A stretch of 64,000 bases of DNA from an uncultured Gemmataceae bacterium (lineage in GTDB: Bacteria > Planctomycetota > Planctomycetia > Gemmatales > Gemmataceae). Of the stretch, positions 20,121-30,187 are shown one piece after another. A model generated the notes under the pieces. That model saw only the letters and a program-made list of their open reading frames with translations. It was not told the DNA's origin and did not search any database. The stretch lies in NCBI GenBank assembly GCA_963750165.1, contig CAVVPN010000004.1, positions 576,001-640,000 on the forward strand, written 5' to 3'. The first letter of the stretch is position 1. Each line of letters opens with the position of its first letter. A program made the translations under genes and the position numbers.

Positions 20121-20695
20121 TGACTAATGACTGCCTCGGTTTTCATTCGCTGCTGAATCAGCTGGCTGGCGGGCTTGAACTGCGGGTGAGCCGCTGTGCT
20201 GAGCCACTCGAACAGCGTCGCCTCGGCGGTCGTCAGCACCGCGCCGGCGCGCTCCAGCCGGCGCAGGGCCACATCATGGTCGAGGCGGCCGCGCGCGGCC
20301 ACCGCGTCCACCGGCACGAAGACGCGATAGTCGCGGTTGAGCAGGTCCAGGACGGTTTGCAGGACGCAGACGTGCGTCTCCATGCCGGCCACCACGACGT
20401 TGCGCCGACCGCCGCGGGCCAGCGCTTCCATCACCGGCGCGGCGCCGCCGCAGCTGAACGTCACCTTGTCCGGCCGCTCCGGCAGGCGCCGGGCCAGTTC
20501 GGGCGTCGTCGGGCCGAGTCCCCTGGGATATTGTTCCGTGGCGAGCACCGGCACCTGCAGCAGGTTGGCCCCGTCAATCAGGAAGGCGACGTTGCGCACC
20601 AGGGCGTCGCGATCCGGGATCAGCGGCAGCAATTTTTCCTGCACGTCGATCACCAGCAACGTCGCGTCCCGGGCCGACATCTGCGGCGCGGCCAT
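20117..20695 (-). CDS. Isochorismatase-family hydrolase
   Basis: LLVIDVQEKL, TEQYPRGLG, KVTFSC, GMETHVCVLQT. Confidence 0.92.
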   Translation of the reverse strand: MAAPQMSARDATLLVIDVQEKLLPLIPDRDALVRNVAFLIDGANLLQVPVLATEQYPRGLGPTTPELARRLPERPDKVTFSCGGAAPVMEALARGGRRNVVVAGMETHVCVLQTVLDLLNRDYRVFVPVDAVAARGRLDHDVALRRLERAGAVLTTAEATLFEWLSTAAHPQFKPASQLIQQRMKTEAVISH

Positions 20696-20777
20696 GATTG
20701 CTCCTCGCGGCGAAAGCGGGCACCTTTCGGATGCTATCTGGCCCGCACGGCCGCGTCAAGCAATCGGGCCGCCGCGC

Positions 20778-23444
20778 TTACTTCGCCTTTTCCTTCTTCT
20801 CCTTCGCCTTTTCCTTCTTCTCCTTCTTCGGGATACGGTTCAGCGCATTCTGCGCCTGTTGCCGCACGGTCGGGTTGCCGTCGTTCAGCGCCTCGGTCAG
20901 CGCCGGGATGGCGGCCTGGGCATCGGCACCCAGGTTGCCCAGCGTCTGGCACGTCATCCAGCGAAGCTGGTCGTTCTTGCTCTTCTTCAAAATGTCGATC
21001 AGCGCCGGCACCGCCGGCTTGCTGATCTTGCCGCGGTACATGATCTGGTTCACCGCCTGGATGCGCACGTTGTCATCCGTGAGTTTCAGCGCCTCGATGA
21101 TGCCCGGCATGCCGACCTCGCCCAGCCGGGCCAGCGCGTACACGGCGTTGTAGCGCACGTTCAGGTCGCCGTCCTTGAGCGCCGTCGTCAACGGCCCGAC
21201 GACCTCCTTGGCGTGCTTGAACATGTTACCCAGGGCGGTCGCTGACGACCAGCGCACCGGCGCCGACTTGTCCTTCAGCCCGTCCAGCAGGTACGGCAGC
21301 ACCTCCTTCGACTGTCCGCCGAACTGGCTCAGGTACAGCAGAATAGTGGACCGGATGTTGTCATCCTTTTCCTTCTTGAGCAGCTTGAACAGCGGCTCGA
21401 AGCCGTCCGGCCCCATCTGGGACAGCCCATAAATCGCCACGTGGCGCACCTGGCCGTCCGTGGATTTCTCGACCATCTCGATCAACGTCGGCACGATCTT
21501 TTTGGCGTTGGCCTTTTGGAATTGCAGGCCCTGGACCGCGTTCCAGCGGACGCTGTTGTCCTTGTCCTGCAGCGCCTCCAGCAAATACGGGATCGCCTTC
21601 TCGCCCATGCGGCCCAGCAACTGCGTCACCGCCTGGCGCACGTTGGCGTCCTCGTGCTTCAGCGCCGGCAGCGCGTCCGGCAGGGCGTCGCTGAGGTCCT
21701 TTCCCTGGACCTGGTACAGCGCCCAGCCCGCTTGTTGCCGCACCCCCTGGTCCTTGTCGTGCAGGGTGGCCAGCAGCAGCTTGAGCCCCTCGCCGCCGTG
21801 CTGCCAGGCCAACTGTACGACGGTTTGGCGCAGGCCCACGTTGCCCTCTTTCATCAGCTTGCGCATGGCCGGCATCATCAACTTGGTGTCGCCGCTGATG
21901 CTCTGCAACGTGTTCAACCCTTGCTGACGCAGACCGTCGTTGTCATCCTTGAGGATCAATTCCTGCACGGCCGGCGCCGCCGACGACGCCTGCCGGTTGA
22001 GTCGCTGCAACGCCTCCAGGGCCTGCTGGCGTACGCCCAGGCTCCTGTTCTTCAGGCCCGCCGTCAGGATCGGCAGGATGTCCTTGATCTGCTGGCCGCG
22101 CTGCGCCAGCGCGTAGGCCGCCTGCATCTGCAGCGTGTTGTCCTTTTCCTGCAGGGCGTCGTTGAGCACCTTGCCGGCGTCGGTGCCGCCGAAGTCGTCC
22201 AGCCAGCCGACGATGTACATCAGGCTGGCGGCGTTGACGCGCACGTGCTTGTTCTTGTGCGACAGCGCCTTGCCCAGGTGCGGCCGTGGGTCGATGCCGA
22301 CGGTTTGCAGCGTTTGCAGCGCCAGGTGCCGCACCTGCATGTTGCCGTCCACCAGCGCCTCGATCAGTTGCGGCGCCGCCAGCTTGGCGCCCAGCTGCAG
22401 CTCTTTCAGGCCATGGACCGCCGACAGCCGCACCTGCTCGTCGCCGTCCTTGAGGGCGTAGCCCAGGCCAAGCACCACCATCTTGTCATTGATGCGCAGC
22501 GGCGCCAGCGCGGCCGCGGCCTGGCGGCGGACATTGACGAACTTCGAGCCGAGCGCGTCCACCAGGTCCGGCACCGCCGGCGGCCCGACCTTCGCCAGCC
22601 CGTCCACGGCCAGGCGGCGGACGGTCGCGTTGTCGTGCTTGGTCGCCGCGACCAGTGACGGGATGGCCTCCTTGCCGATCTTGCCCAGGGCCTCGGCTGC
22701 CTCGGGCTGGAGTTTGCTGCCGGCCTCCAGCAGCACGGCAAACAGGCTGGGCACGGCTTCCTTGGCGTCGCTGCCGATCTCGCCGAGGGCACGCACGGCC
22801 CCCTGGCGCACGGCGGCGTCCGGGTCGCGCAGCGCCTCGATCAGGCCCGGCACCGCCCGGGGGCCGAGTTTGGCCACGGCCGCGGTCGCCGCCTGGCGCA
22901 CGTCGGCGCTGGGGTCGGCGAACGCCTTGATGAGCACCGGCACGGCGACCTGCGGCCCCGGGGCGATGCTGCCCAGGGCGTAGGCGGCCTTGCGGCGCAC
23001 GCTGTCACTCTTGTGGTTCAGCGACAGGATCACCTTCGGCGCCACGGCCTTCGCCTCCGGCCCGATCCAGCCGACCGCTGACAGGGCGTAATAGCGCACG
23101 TCCTCGTCGTCGCTGGCCAGGGGCGCGGCCAGCGCGGGCACGGCCGCCTTGCCGATCTTACCCAGGGCGAGGGCGGCGTTGAGGCGCACGTCTTCGTTCT
23201 TGTCGGCCAGCGCCACGGCCAGGGCGGGGGCTGCCGCGGCTGCCTTCGGGCCGAGGTCCTGCAGCGCGGTGACGGCGGCGATGCGGGTGTTCTCGTCCTT
23301 GCTACCCAGTTCATTGATGAGTTTGTCGAGCTTGTCGTCGCCCTGGCGGGGGATGACGGCGCGAGCGCCGCCGCGGTCGGGGTCGCAGCAGACGCAGACG
23401 CTCAGGACGACGGCGAGGCCGCACATGAGGAGAGATCGGTTCAC
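20778..23444 (-). CDS. Large exported HEAT-repeat (PBS-lyase-like) protein
   Basis: Many VR..AA.ALG...AVP.L..AL.D repeats; hydrophobic N-terminus; start approximate. Confidence 0.88.
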   Translation of the reverse strand: MNRSLLMCGLAVVLSVCVCCDPDRGGARAVIPRQGDDKLDKLINELGSKDENTRIAAVTALQDLGPKAAAAAPALAVALADKNEDVRLNAALALGKIGKAAVPALAAPLASDDEDVRYYALSAVGWIGPEAKAVAPKVILSLNHKSDSVRRKAAYALGSIAPGPQVAVPVLIKAFADPSADVRQAATAAVAKLGPRAVPGLIEALRDPDAAVRQGAVRALGEIGSDAKEAVPSLFAVLLEAGSKLQPEAAEALGKIGKEAIPSLVAATKHDNATVRRLAVDGLAKVGPPAVPDLVDALGSKFVNVRRQAAAALAPLRINDKMVVLGLGYALKDGDEQVRLSAVHGLKELQLGAKLAAPQLIEALVDGNMQVRHLALQTLQTVGIDPRPHLGKALSHKNKHVRVNAASLMYIVGWLDDFGGTDAGKVLNDALQEKDNTLQMQAAYALAQRGQQIKDILPILTAGLKNRSLGVRQQALEALQRLNRQASSAAPAVQELILKDDNDGLRQQGLNTLQSISGDTKLMMPAMRKLMKEGNVGLRQTVVQLAWQHGGEGLKLLLATLHDKDQGVRQQAGWALYQVQGKDLSDALPDALPALKHEDANVRQAVTQLLGRMGEKAIPYLLEALQDKDNSVRWNAVQGLQFQKANAKKIVPTLIEMVEKSTDGQVRHVAIYGLSQMGPDGFEPLFKLLKKEKDDNIRSTILLYLSQFGGQSKEVLPYLLDGLKDKSAPVRWSSATALGNMFKHAKEVVGPLTTALKDGDLNVRYNAVYALARLGEVGMPGIIEALKLTDDNVRIQAVNQIMYRGKISKPAVPALIDILKKSKNDQLRWMTCQTLGNLGADAQAAIPALTEALNDGNPTVRQQAQNALNRIPKKEKKEKAKEKKEKAK

Positions 23445-23487
23445 GGCACGGTTCCTTTCACGAAAGACGGGCAACGGGCCGCCGCGG

Positions 23488-25338
23488 TTATTTGGCCTGA
23501 ATGCGTTTGACGGCGGCCTGGGCCGAGTTGCGGACGTACGCGGGCACGGTCTGGTCGCCGGCCAGGGCGTTGAGGGCGGGCAGCGCGTTCCTGGCGGCGG
23601 CGCCGTAGTTGCCCAGTGCGTGACACGCCAGGTTGCGGACCACCGGTTGACCGTTCTTGACGCAGGCGATCAGGAACGGCAGAGCGTCCTCGGCGGCCAC
23701 GCCCGTTTTCGGGCGCGTGAGCATCTGCAGCGCCGTCATTTGGACGTTGCGGTCGGCATGATCCCGGGCCGCCGCGAGCAATGCCTTTTGGCCCGCGGGC
23801 CCGGCGGCGGCGAGCCCGTTGGCCGCTTCCAGCCGGACGTACAGATTGGCGTCCTTTTTCAACATCTCGATCAGGTGCGGCACTGCCGCCGCGCCCGTCC
23901 GGCTGACAGCGTGGACCGTTATCTGCCGGAGCGTGGCGTCCTCGGATTTCAGGAGCGGTAGCAGCAGTGGCAGCGCCTCGCGCAGGTCGCCCGGGTGTCG
24001 GCGCAGGGCATTCACTGCGGCCCTGCGGACGCCCGCGTTACCGTCCTTGAGGCCGGCCAGGAAGAGGGGCATCGCCTCGGCGCCGTACGGCGTCAGCAAC
24101 ATCAGAGCGTAGCCGCGGGCGCTCGCGTCATCGTCCTGAGCCAGCTGGCGGAGCTTTTTGAAGACCTCAGGGGTGTCTGGCTTGACATTCAGCAGGCAGC
24201 GCAGGGCGTAGCTCTGGACGCCGGGGTCGCTGCTTTTCAGGCCGTCGAGCAGTTGCGGCGTCGCCGGTTTCGCACCGGCACCGAGTGCGAGAAGGCCGCG
24301 GACGGCGTGGAAACGTACCAGCGAATCGCTGTCTTTTAGCGCATAGGCCAGGCCGAGCACCACCATCTTGTCGCTGACGCGCATGGGGCCGAGCACCTCC
24401 GCGGCCCGGCGGCGCACGTCCACGTTGGCGTCGCCGAGGGCGTCCACGAGCAGCGGCACCGCGTCGGCGCCGGCCTTGCCGAGAGCCTCGACGGCCAGGC
24501 GGCGCACGTCCGCGTGCTGGCTCTTGACGCCGGCGTTGAGGGCACGCAGGCCGGCCTTGCCGATCTTCGCCAGGGCCTCCGCGGCCGCGGCGCTGACGCC
24601 CGATTTGTTGAACTCCTTGAAGTCGTTGACGAGCAGAGCCCGGCCCAGCTGCGGCACGGCCTCTTTCGCGTCGGGCCCCATGCCGCCCAGGGCGCGGATG
24701 GCGCCGACGCGGACGGCGATGTCCTTGTCGTCGAGGGCCCTGAGCAGGGTGGGCACGGCCTTGGCGCCGAACTTCGCCAGGGCGTCGCCGACGGCGAGGC
24801 GCACGTCGCCGTTGGGGTCGCCCAGCAGCTTGACGAGGGCGGCCACGGTGTCGTCCGGCTCGGCGGCGAATTTGCCCAGGGCGTAGGCGGCCTTGCGACG
24901 GACGCCCTCATTCTTGTCGGCCAGGCAATCGATGACGGCCTTCGTGGCAGCGCGGCCGTCGGCGCCGACCCAGCCGAGCGCGGACAGGGCGTAGTAGCGC
25001 ACGTCGGCGTCGTTGACGGTCAGGGCGATGGTGAGGGCGGGCACGGCGGCCTTGCCGACCTTGCCGAGAGCGACGGCGGCGTTGAGGCGCAGGTACTCGT
25101 CCCTGACGGTGAAGAGTTTGACGAGAGCGGGCACGGCCGGCGCCGCGGCGGGGCCGAGGTCCGCCAGGGCGGTGACGGCGGCGATCTTCTGGGTGTCATT
25201 GCCCTGGTTGAGCTGGCCGATGAGGGTTTTCAGCTGTTCGGGCGTGGCGGCCTGGCCCTGCGGCCTTTTGTTGTCGCCGCCCCCGAGGGCGACGTTAGCG
25301 CTGACCAGCAGGGCGGTGAGGACACACAGATAACGCAT
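23488..25338 (-). CDS. Exported HEAT-repeat protein, paralogue of the N-terminal half of 20778-23444
   Basis: Signal peptide; shared IAAVTAL.DLGP, DVRYYALSA.GW, VRRKAAYALG, DKMVVLGL.YALKD. Confidence 0.88.
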   Translation of the reverse strand: MRYLCVLTALLVSANVALGGGDNKRPQGQAATPEQLKTLIGQLNQGNDTQKIAAVTALADLGPAAAPAVPALVKLFTVRDEYLRLNAAVALGKVGKAAVPALTIALTVNDADVRYYALSALGWVGADGRAATKAVIDCLADKNEGVRRKAAYALGKFAAEPDDTVAALVKLLGDPNGDVRLAVGDALAKFGAKAVPTLLRALDDKDIAVRVGAIRALGGMGPDAKEAVPQLGRALLVNDFKEFNKSGVSAAAAEALAKIGKAGLRALNAGVKSQHADVRRLAVEALGKAGADAVPLLVDALGDANVDVRRRAAEVLGPMRVSDKMVVLGLAYALKDSDSLVRFHAVRGLLALGAGAKPATPQLLDGLKSSDPGVQSYALRCLLNVKPDTPEVFKKLRQLAQDDDASARGYALMLLTPYGAEAMPLFLAGLKDGNAGVRRAAVNALRRHPGDLREALPLLLPLLKSEDATLRQITVHAVSRTGAAAVPHLIEMLKKDANLYVRLEAANGLAAAGPAGQKALLAAARDHADRNVQMTALQMLTRPKTGVAAEDALPFLIACVKNGQPVVRNLACHALGNYGAAARNALPALNALAGDQTVPAYVRNSAQAAVKRIQAK

Positions 25339-25353
25339 GGCGGTTGTCCTTTC

Positions 25354-25715
25354 TTCGCCCCGAAGGGGCGGAACAACTTAGTGGTTCGTACCGCAATTAA
25401 CTGGAGGGTTGCGGGATCGTTCGTAGGACGGCTCTCCAGAGCCGTCCCGGGGTGAGCGGGACGGCTCTGGAGAGCCGTCCTACGGTCCCAGGCCGTCACC
25501 CCCAACCCTCCAGTTAATTGCGGTACGGACCACTTAGCCCAGGGCATCGCCCTGGGGATTTGTGGACCTTACTCCTGTTTGTCCCCGCCCTGAAAGGGCA
25601 CCGCAAAGGGTCGCGTCATCCGTTGTGCCCTTTCAGGGCGGAAGAAAGGAGCTACGTGCTCCCGCGTTCCCAGGGCGATGCCCTGGGCTAAGTTGTTCCG
25701 CCCCTTCGGGGCGAA
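25354..25715. mobile_element. Composite palindromic element (relative of 19869 and 45742) interrupted by a MITE
   Basis: Arms TTCGCCCCGAAGGGGCGGAACAACTTAGCCCAGGGCATCGCCCTGGG; left arm split at CTTAG. Confidence 0.8.
25381..25533. mobile_element. 153-bp MITE with 31-bp terminal inverted repeats, containing a family A REP doublet (25423-25483)
   Basis: TIRs 25381-25411 and 25503-25533 (1 mismatch), flanked by duplicated TTA (or CTTAG if TIRs are trimmed by one base). Confidence 0.8.
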
Positions 25716-25729
25716 ATCAGCCGAAACCA

Positions 25730-27124
25730 TCACGGAGGCGAGGTGGGCAGGATTTCTTCGTATTCGGAGCTGTCCTCGTACTCGCCGACGCGGGCCGGCA
25801 CGATGACGAGGTCGTCGTTCATCTCATCGCGCGCGAACAGCTTGCGGAACTTGGTGACAAACAGCCCCGCCTGCACGTGGCCCGTCAGTTCCTGCAGCCG
25901 GCGCACGTCCTCATTGGGCGCGTGGCGGACGAGGTAACCGATGGGCCGCTCCTTGTGGGCCTTCTGCAGCCGGGCCTGGATGACCTTGATGACGGCCTGG
26001 GCGCGCTTCGGATCCTTCATATCGGCCTGGGTGAAGCCCTCGTCCACGTCGGGCACCTTCTCTGTATAGGGCGCGCCACCACTCAGCACCTTGATGTCGC
26101 TGTCGGTCAGCCGCCGCGCCCACTCCATCGTGGTCATGATGTGGCCCTGCTTGTTGGGCAGCGGCCGCCGACCCGCCATGAAGGTGAAGCCAAGGTCCTG
26201 GCCGCGCTTGAGCAGTTGTGGCAGCTGTTGCTCGATCGCTTTCAACCAGTTGGCGCCCTTGCCGGGCAGTCCACCGGGGGTGCAGCCGGAGGCGGCTTGC
26301 AGCATGGGCACCCACTGGTATTGGTAGCTCATGTCGCCCTGGAGATCGACCTTGAACGGTGCCTGCACGTAGAACAGCGCCTCGGTGCGGTCCTTGACGG
26401 AGATTTGCGTGATCTTCAGCGGGTAGACCAGCTTATCCGAGGCGAACTGGAAGCGCGTCGGCGTCACTTCGCCGGCATAGGAGCCGTCCTTGTTCTTCTT
26501 CATCTGCATGGTGTCGATCTTCATCACGGTGAACACCCACTTCTTCTGCACATAGAAGTTGAGCGTCGCCTCGTCGCCCGAGTAGCTGTACTTGTTGGCC
26601 TTCAGCCAGGCGTACAGCGCATCCGCACGGTTGGCCTCGATGATCTTGTAGTCCAGTGAGCCCACCACCCCCCGCTCCAGCACGATCACCGCCGGCTTCG
26701 GAATGCCCTCGCTCAGCTTATCTGCCTGCTTCTCCGCAAGCCTTCCGACCGGGGCGCATGCAAAGCGCCGAAAATCATCGCGCGGCAGCAGTTTGGAGTG
26801 GGGGAACTCGCGCTTCTTCATGATGGAGTAGACGGCGAGGTGCTTGAAGAAGTCGCGCGGCATCTCGTGCAGCTTGGGCTGCGTCGGCGTCGGGATGACC
26901 ATGCCGAAGTCCAGGGCGTTGCCCTCGAACTTGGGCTGCACCGTGAACGACTCCAGCTTTTTCGCCGGGTCCCACGTGATGAAGACTTTTTGGGCCGGCT
27001 GCAGGATGTCCGCGTTCTGCGCCGAGAAGTAGCAGCAGGCGCCGTCCACACGAGACGCGCCGCACAGGCCCAGCGCCAGCGCCGCGAGCGTTGCTGGCAA
27101 CCAATGGCTATAAGGCCTTCGCAT
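25730..27124 (-). CDS. Secreted DUF2330-like protein, copy D (464 aa)
   Basis: Signal peptide + ACCYF, QKVFITWD, FGMVIPTP, VGSLDY, WLKANKY, YPLKITQ. Confidence 0.8.
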   Translation of the reverse strand: MRRPYSHWLPATLAALALGLCGASRVDGACCYFSAQNADILQPAQKVFITWDPAKKLESFTVQPKFEGNALDFGMVIPTPTQPKLHEMPRDFFKHLAVYSIMKKREFPHSKLLPRDDFRRFACAPVGRLAEKQADKLSEGIPKPAVIVLERGVVGSLDYKIIEANRADALYAWLKANKYSYSGDEATLNFYVQKKWVFTVMKIDTMQMKKNKDGSYAGEVTPTRFQFASDKLVYPLKITQISVKDRTEALFYVQAPFKVDLQGDMSYQYQWVPMLQAASGCTPGGLPGKGANWLKAIEQQLPQLLKRGQDLGFTFMAGRRPLPNKQGHIMTTMEWARRLTDSDIKVLSGGAPYTEKVPDVDEGFTQADMKDPKRAQAVIKVIQARLQKAHKERPIGYLVRHAPNEDVRRLQELTGHVQAGLFVTKFRKLFARDEMNDDLVIVPARVGEYEDSSEYEEILPTSPP

Positions 27125-27224
27125 ATCCTCATCCTTTCGCTGAAATCGCTTGAACCGTCCCGCGTTTCAAACGACCGGACGACCAGCCGCAACTGGTCGT
27201 CCGGCGCTATCATGACCGATCCGC

Positions 27225-28619
27225 TCACGGGGGCGAGGTGGGCAGGATTTCCTCGTATTCGGAGCTGTCCTCATGCTCACCGACGCGCGCCGGGACGATG
27301 ACGAGGTCGTCGTTCATCTCATCGCGTGCGAACAGCTTGCGGAACTTGGTGATGAACAGCCCCGCCTGCACGTGGCCGGTCAGTTCCTGCAGCCGGCGCA
27401 CGTCCTCATTGGGCGCGTGGCGGACGAGGTAGCCGATGGGCCGATCCTTGTGGGCCTTCTGCAGCCGGGCCTGGATAACCTTGATGACCGCCTGGGCGCG
27501 CTTGGCGTCCTTGATGTCGGCTTCGGTGAAGCCTTCATCGACATTGGGCAGCTTCTCCGAATAGGGGGCGTCGCCGCGCAGCACCTTGATGTCGTTGTCG
27601 GTCAGCCGCCGCGACCACTCCATCGTGGTCATGATGTGGCCCTGCTTGTTGGGCTGGGGCCGCCGGCCCGCCATGAAGGTGAAGCCGAGGTCCTGGCCGC
27701 GCTTGAGCAGCTGGGGCATTTGCTGTTCGATGGCCTTGAGCCAGTCAGCGCCCTTGCCAGGCAGCCCGCCAGGAGTGCAACCGCTGGCCGCTTGCAACAT
27801 CGGCACCCATTGATACTGATAGCTCATGTCGCCCTGGAGATCGACCTTGAACGGCGCCTGCACATAGAACAGCGCCTCGGTCTTGTCCTTCACCGAAATC
27901 TGCGTGATCTTCAGCGGATAAACCAGCTTGTCCGAAGCGAACTGGAAGCGGGTGGGCGTGACTTCGCCGGCATAGGAACCGTCCTTGTTCTTCTTCATCT
28001 GCATGGTGTCGATCTTCATGACGGTGAAGACCCACTTCTTCTGCACGTAGAAATTCAGCGTCGCCTCGTCGCCCGCGTAGCTGTACTTGTTGGCCTTCAG
28101 CCACGCGAACAACGCATCGGCGCGATTGGCTTCGATGATCTTGTAGTCCAATGAGCCGACGACGCCCTGCTCCAGTACGATCACCGCCGGCTTCGTAGCG
28201 ACCTCGCCCGCGCTATTGTTCTTCGCATCCGCGAGCTTTGCGGTCGAAGCGCCGCTGAAGCGCCGGAAATGTTCACGCGGCAGCAGCTTGGAGTGGGGGA
28301 ATTCGCGCTTCTTCATGATGGAATACACCGCGAGGTGTTTGAAGAAGTCGCGCGGCATCTCGTGCAGCTTCGGCTGGGTAGGGGTGGGGATGACCATGCC
28401 GAAGTCCAGCGCGTTGCCCTCAAATTTCGGCTGCACCGTGAAGGACTCCAGCTTTTTCGCCGGGTCCCACGTGATGAACACCTTCTGCGCCGGCTGCAGG
28501 ATGTCCGCGTTCTGCGCCGAGAAGTAACAGCAGGCCGCGTCCACACGAGACGCGCCACACAGGCTCAGCGCCAGCGCCGCGAGCGCGGTGAGCAACCACA
28601 GCTTGACAGGCCTTCGCAT
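27225..28619 (-). CDS. Secreted DUF2330-like protein, copy C (464 aa)
   Basis: Near-identical to copies A, B, D outside the signal peptide and variable loop. Confidence 0.8.
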   Translation of the reverse strand: MRRPVKLWLLTALAALALSLCGASRVDAACCYFSAQNADILQPAQKVFITWDPAKKLESFTVQPKFEGNALDFGMVIPTPTQPKLHEMPRDFFKHLAVYSIMKKREFPHSKLLPREHFRRFSGASTAKLADAKNNSAGEVATKPAVIVLEQGVVGSLDYKIIEANRADALFAWLKANKYSYAGDEATLNFYVQKKWVFTVMKIDTMQMKKNKDGSYAGEVTPTRFQFASDKLVYPLKITQISVKDKTEALFYVQAPFKVDLQGDMSYQYQWVPMLQAASGCTPGGLPGKGADWLKAIEQQMPQLLKRGQDLGFTFMAGRRPQPNKQGHIMTTMEWSRRLTDNDIKVLRGDAPYSEKLPNVDEGFTEADIKDAKRAQAVIKVIQARLQKAHKDRPIGYLVRHAPNEDVRRLQELTGHVQAGLFITKFRKLFARDEMNDDLVIVPARVGEHEDSSEYEEILPTSPP

Positions 28620-28724
28620 CGGTTGATCCTTTCGCTGAAATCACTTGAACCGTCCAGCGTTTTCAAACCACCGAGCGCCCGGCAGCTGCCGGGTGCTCGG
28701 TGTCTGCTTTCATGACCGATTCGC

Positions 28725-30119
28725 TCACGGGGGCGAGGTGGGCAGGATTTCCTCGTACTCGGAGCTGTCCTCGTGCTCGCCGACCCGCGCCGGGACAATC
28801 ACCAGGTCGTCGTTCATCTCGTCGCGCGCGAACAGCTTGCGGAACTTGGTGATGAACAGCCCCGCCTGCACGTGGCCCGTCAACTCCTGCAGCCGCCGCA
28901 CGTCCTCATTGGGGGCGTGGCGGACGAGGTAACCGATGGGCCGCTCCTGCCGCGCCTTGAGCAGCCGCGCCTGGATGACCTTGATGACGGCCTGGGCGCG
29001 CTTGGCGTCCTTGATGTCGGCTTCGGTGAAACCTTCATCGACGTTGGGCAGCTTTTCCGAATAGGGGGCGCCACCACTCAGCACCTTGATGTCGTTGTCG
29101 GTGAGCCGCCGCGACCACTCCATCGTGGTCATGATGTGGCCCTGCTTGTTGGGCAGCGGCCGCCGACCCGCCATGAAGATGAAGCCGAGGTCCTGGCCGC
29201 GCTTGAGCAGTTGTGGCAGCTGTTGCTCGATCGCTTTCAACCAGTCGGCGCCCTTGCCGGGCAGTCCGCCGGGGGTGCAACCGCTGGCTGCTTGTAGCAT
29301 GGGCACCCACTGGTATTGGTAGCTCATGTCGCCCTGCAGATCGACCTTGAACGGCGCCTGCACATAGAACAGCGCCTCGGTCTTATCCTTGACGGAAATC
29401 TGCGTGATCTTCAGCGGGTAGACCAGCTTGTCGGAGGAGAACTGGAAGCGCGTGGGCGTGACTTCGCCGGCGTAGGAACCGTCCTTGTTCTTCTTCATCT
29501 GCATGGTGTCGATCTTCATGACCGTGAAGACCCACTTCTTTTGCACATAGAAGTTGAGCGTCGCCTCATCGCCGGAGTAGCTGTACTTGTTGGCCTTCAG
29601 CCAGGCGAACAACGCATCGGCGCGGTTGGCCTCGATGATCTTGTAGTCCAGCGAGCCCACCACCCCCTGCTCCAGCACGATCACCGCCTGCTTCTCTTCG
29701 GGAAGGGCGGTGGCGCCGTCCGTCATGGCACGCTGCGCCTCGGGCCGGCCAAACCCGCCACCCTTGCCGCCGAACCGCATCACCGGCAGCAGCTTGGAGT
29801 GGGGGAACTCGCGCTTCTTCATGATGGAGTAGACGGCGAGGTGCTTGAAGAAGTCGCGCGGCATCTCATGCAGTTTCGGCTGGCTTGGCGTGGGAATCAC
29901 CATGCCGAAGTCCAGGGCGTTGCCCTCGAACTTGGGCTGCACCGTGAAGCTCTCCAGCTTTTTGGCTGGATCCCACGTGATGAACACTTTTTGCGCCGGC
30001 TGCAGAATATCGGCGTTCTGCGCCGAGAAGTAGCAGCACGCCGCGTCCGCCTTGCCCGGCGCCAGGATGGCGGCAGCCGCCAGTAGCGGCAGGCAGAGGC
30101 GTGCCAGGGCTTTTCGCAT
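28725..30119 (-). CDS. Secreted DUF2330-like protein, copy B (464 aa)
   Basis: AAAGGAG RBS before MRKALARL; same core. Confidence 0.8.
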   Translation of the reverse strand: MRKALARLCLPLLAAAAILAPGKADAACCYFSAQNADILQPAQKVFITWDPAKKLESFTVQPKFEGNALDFGMVIPTPSQPKLHEMPRDFFKHLAVYSIMKKREFPHSKLLPVMRFGGKGGGFGRPEAQRAMTDGATALPEEKQAVIVLEQGVVGSLDYKIIEANRADALFAWLKANKYSYSGDEATLNFYVQKKWVFTVMKIDTMQMKKNKDGSYAGEVTPTRFQFSSDKLVYPLKITQISVKDKTEALFYVQAPFKVDLQGDMSYQYQWVPMLQAASGCTPGGLPGKGADWLKAIEQQLPQLLKRGQDLGFIFMAGRRPLPNKQGHIMTTMEWSRRLTDNDIKVLSGGAPYSEKLPNVDEGFTEADIKDAKRAQAVIKVIQARLLKARQERPIGYLVRHAPNEDVRRLQELTGHVQAGLFITKFRKLFARDEMNDDLVIVPARVGEHEDSSEYEEILPTSPP

Positions 30120-30187
30120 CGCTTTGCTCCTTTGGTCAACGTATCGGGATTGGTCTGCTTCGATTTTTGACGTCGTTGGCTCGCCGC

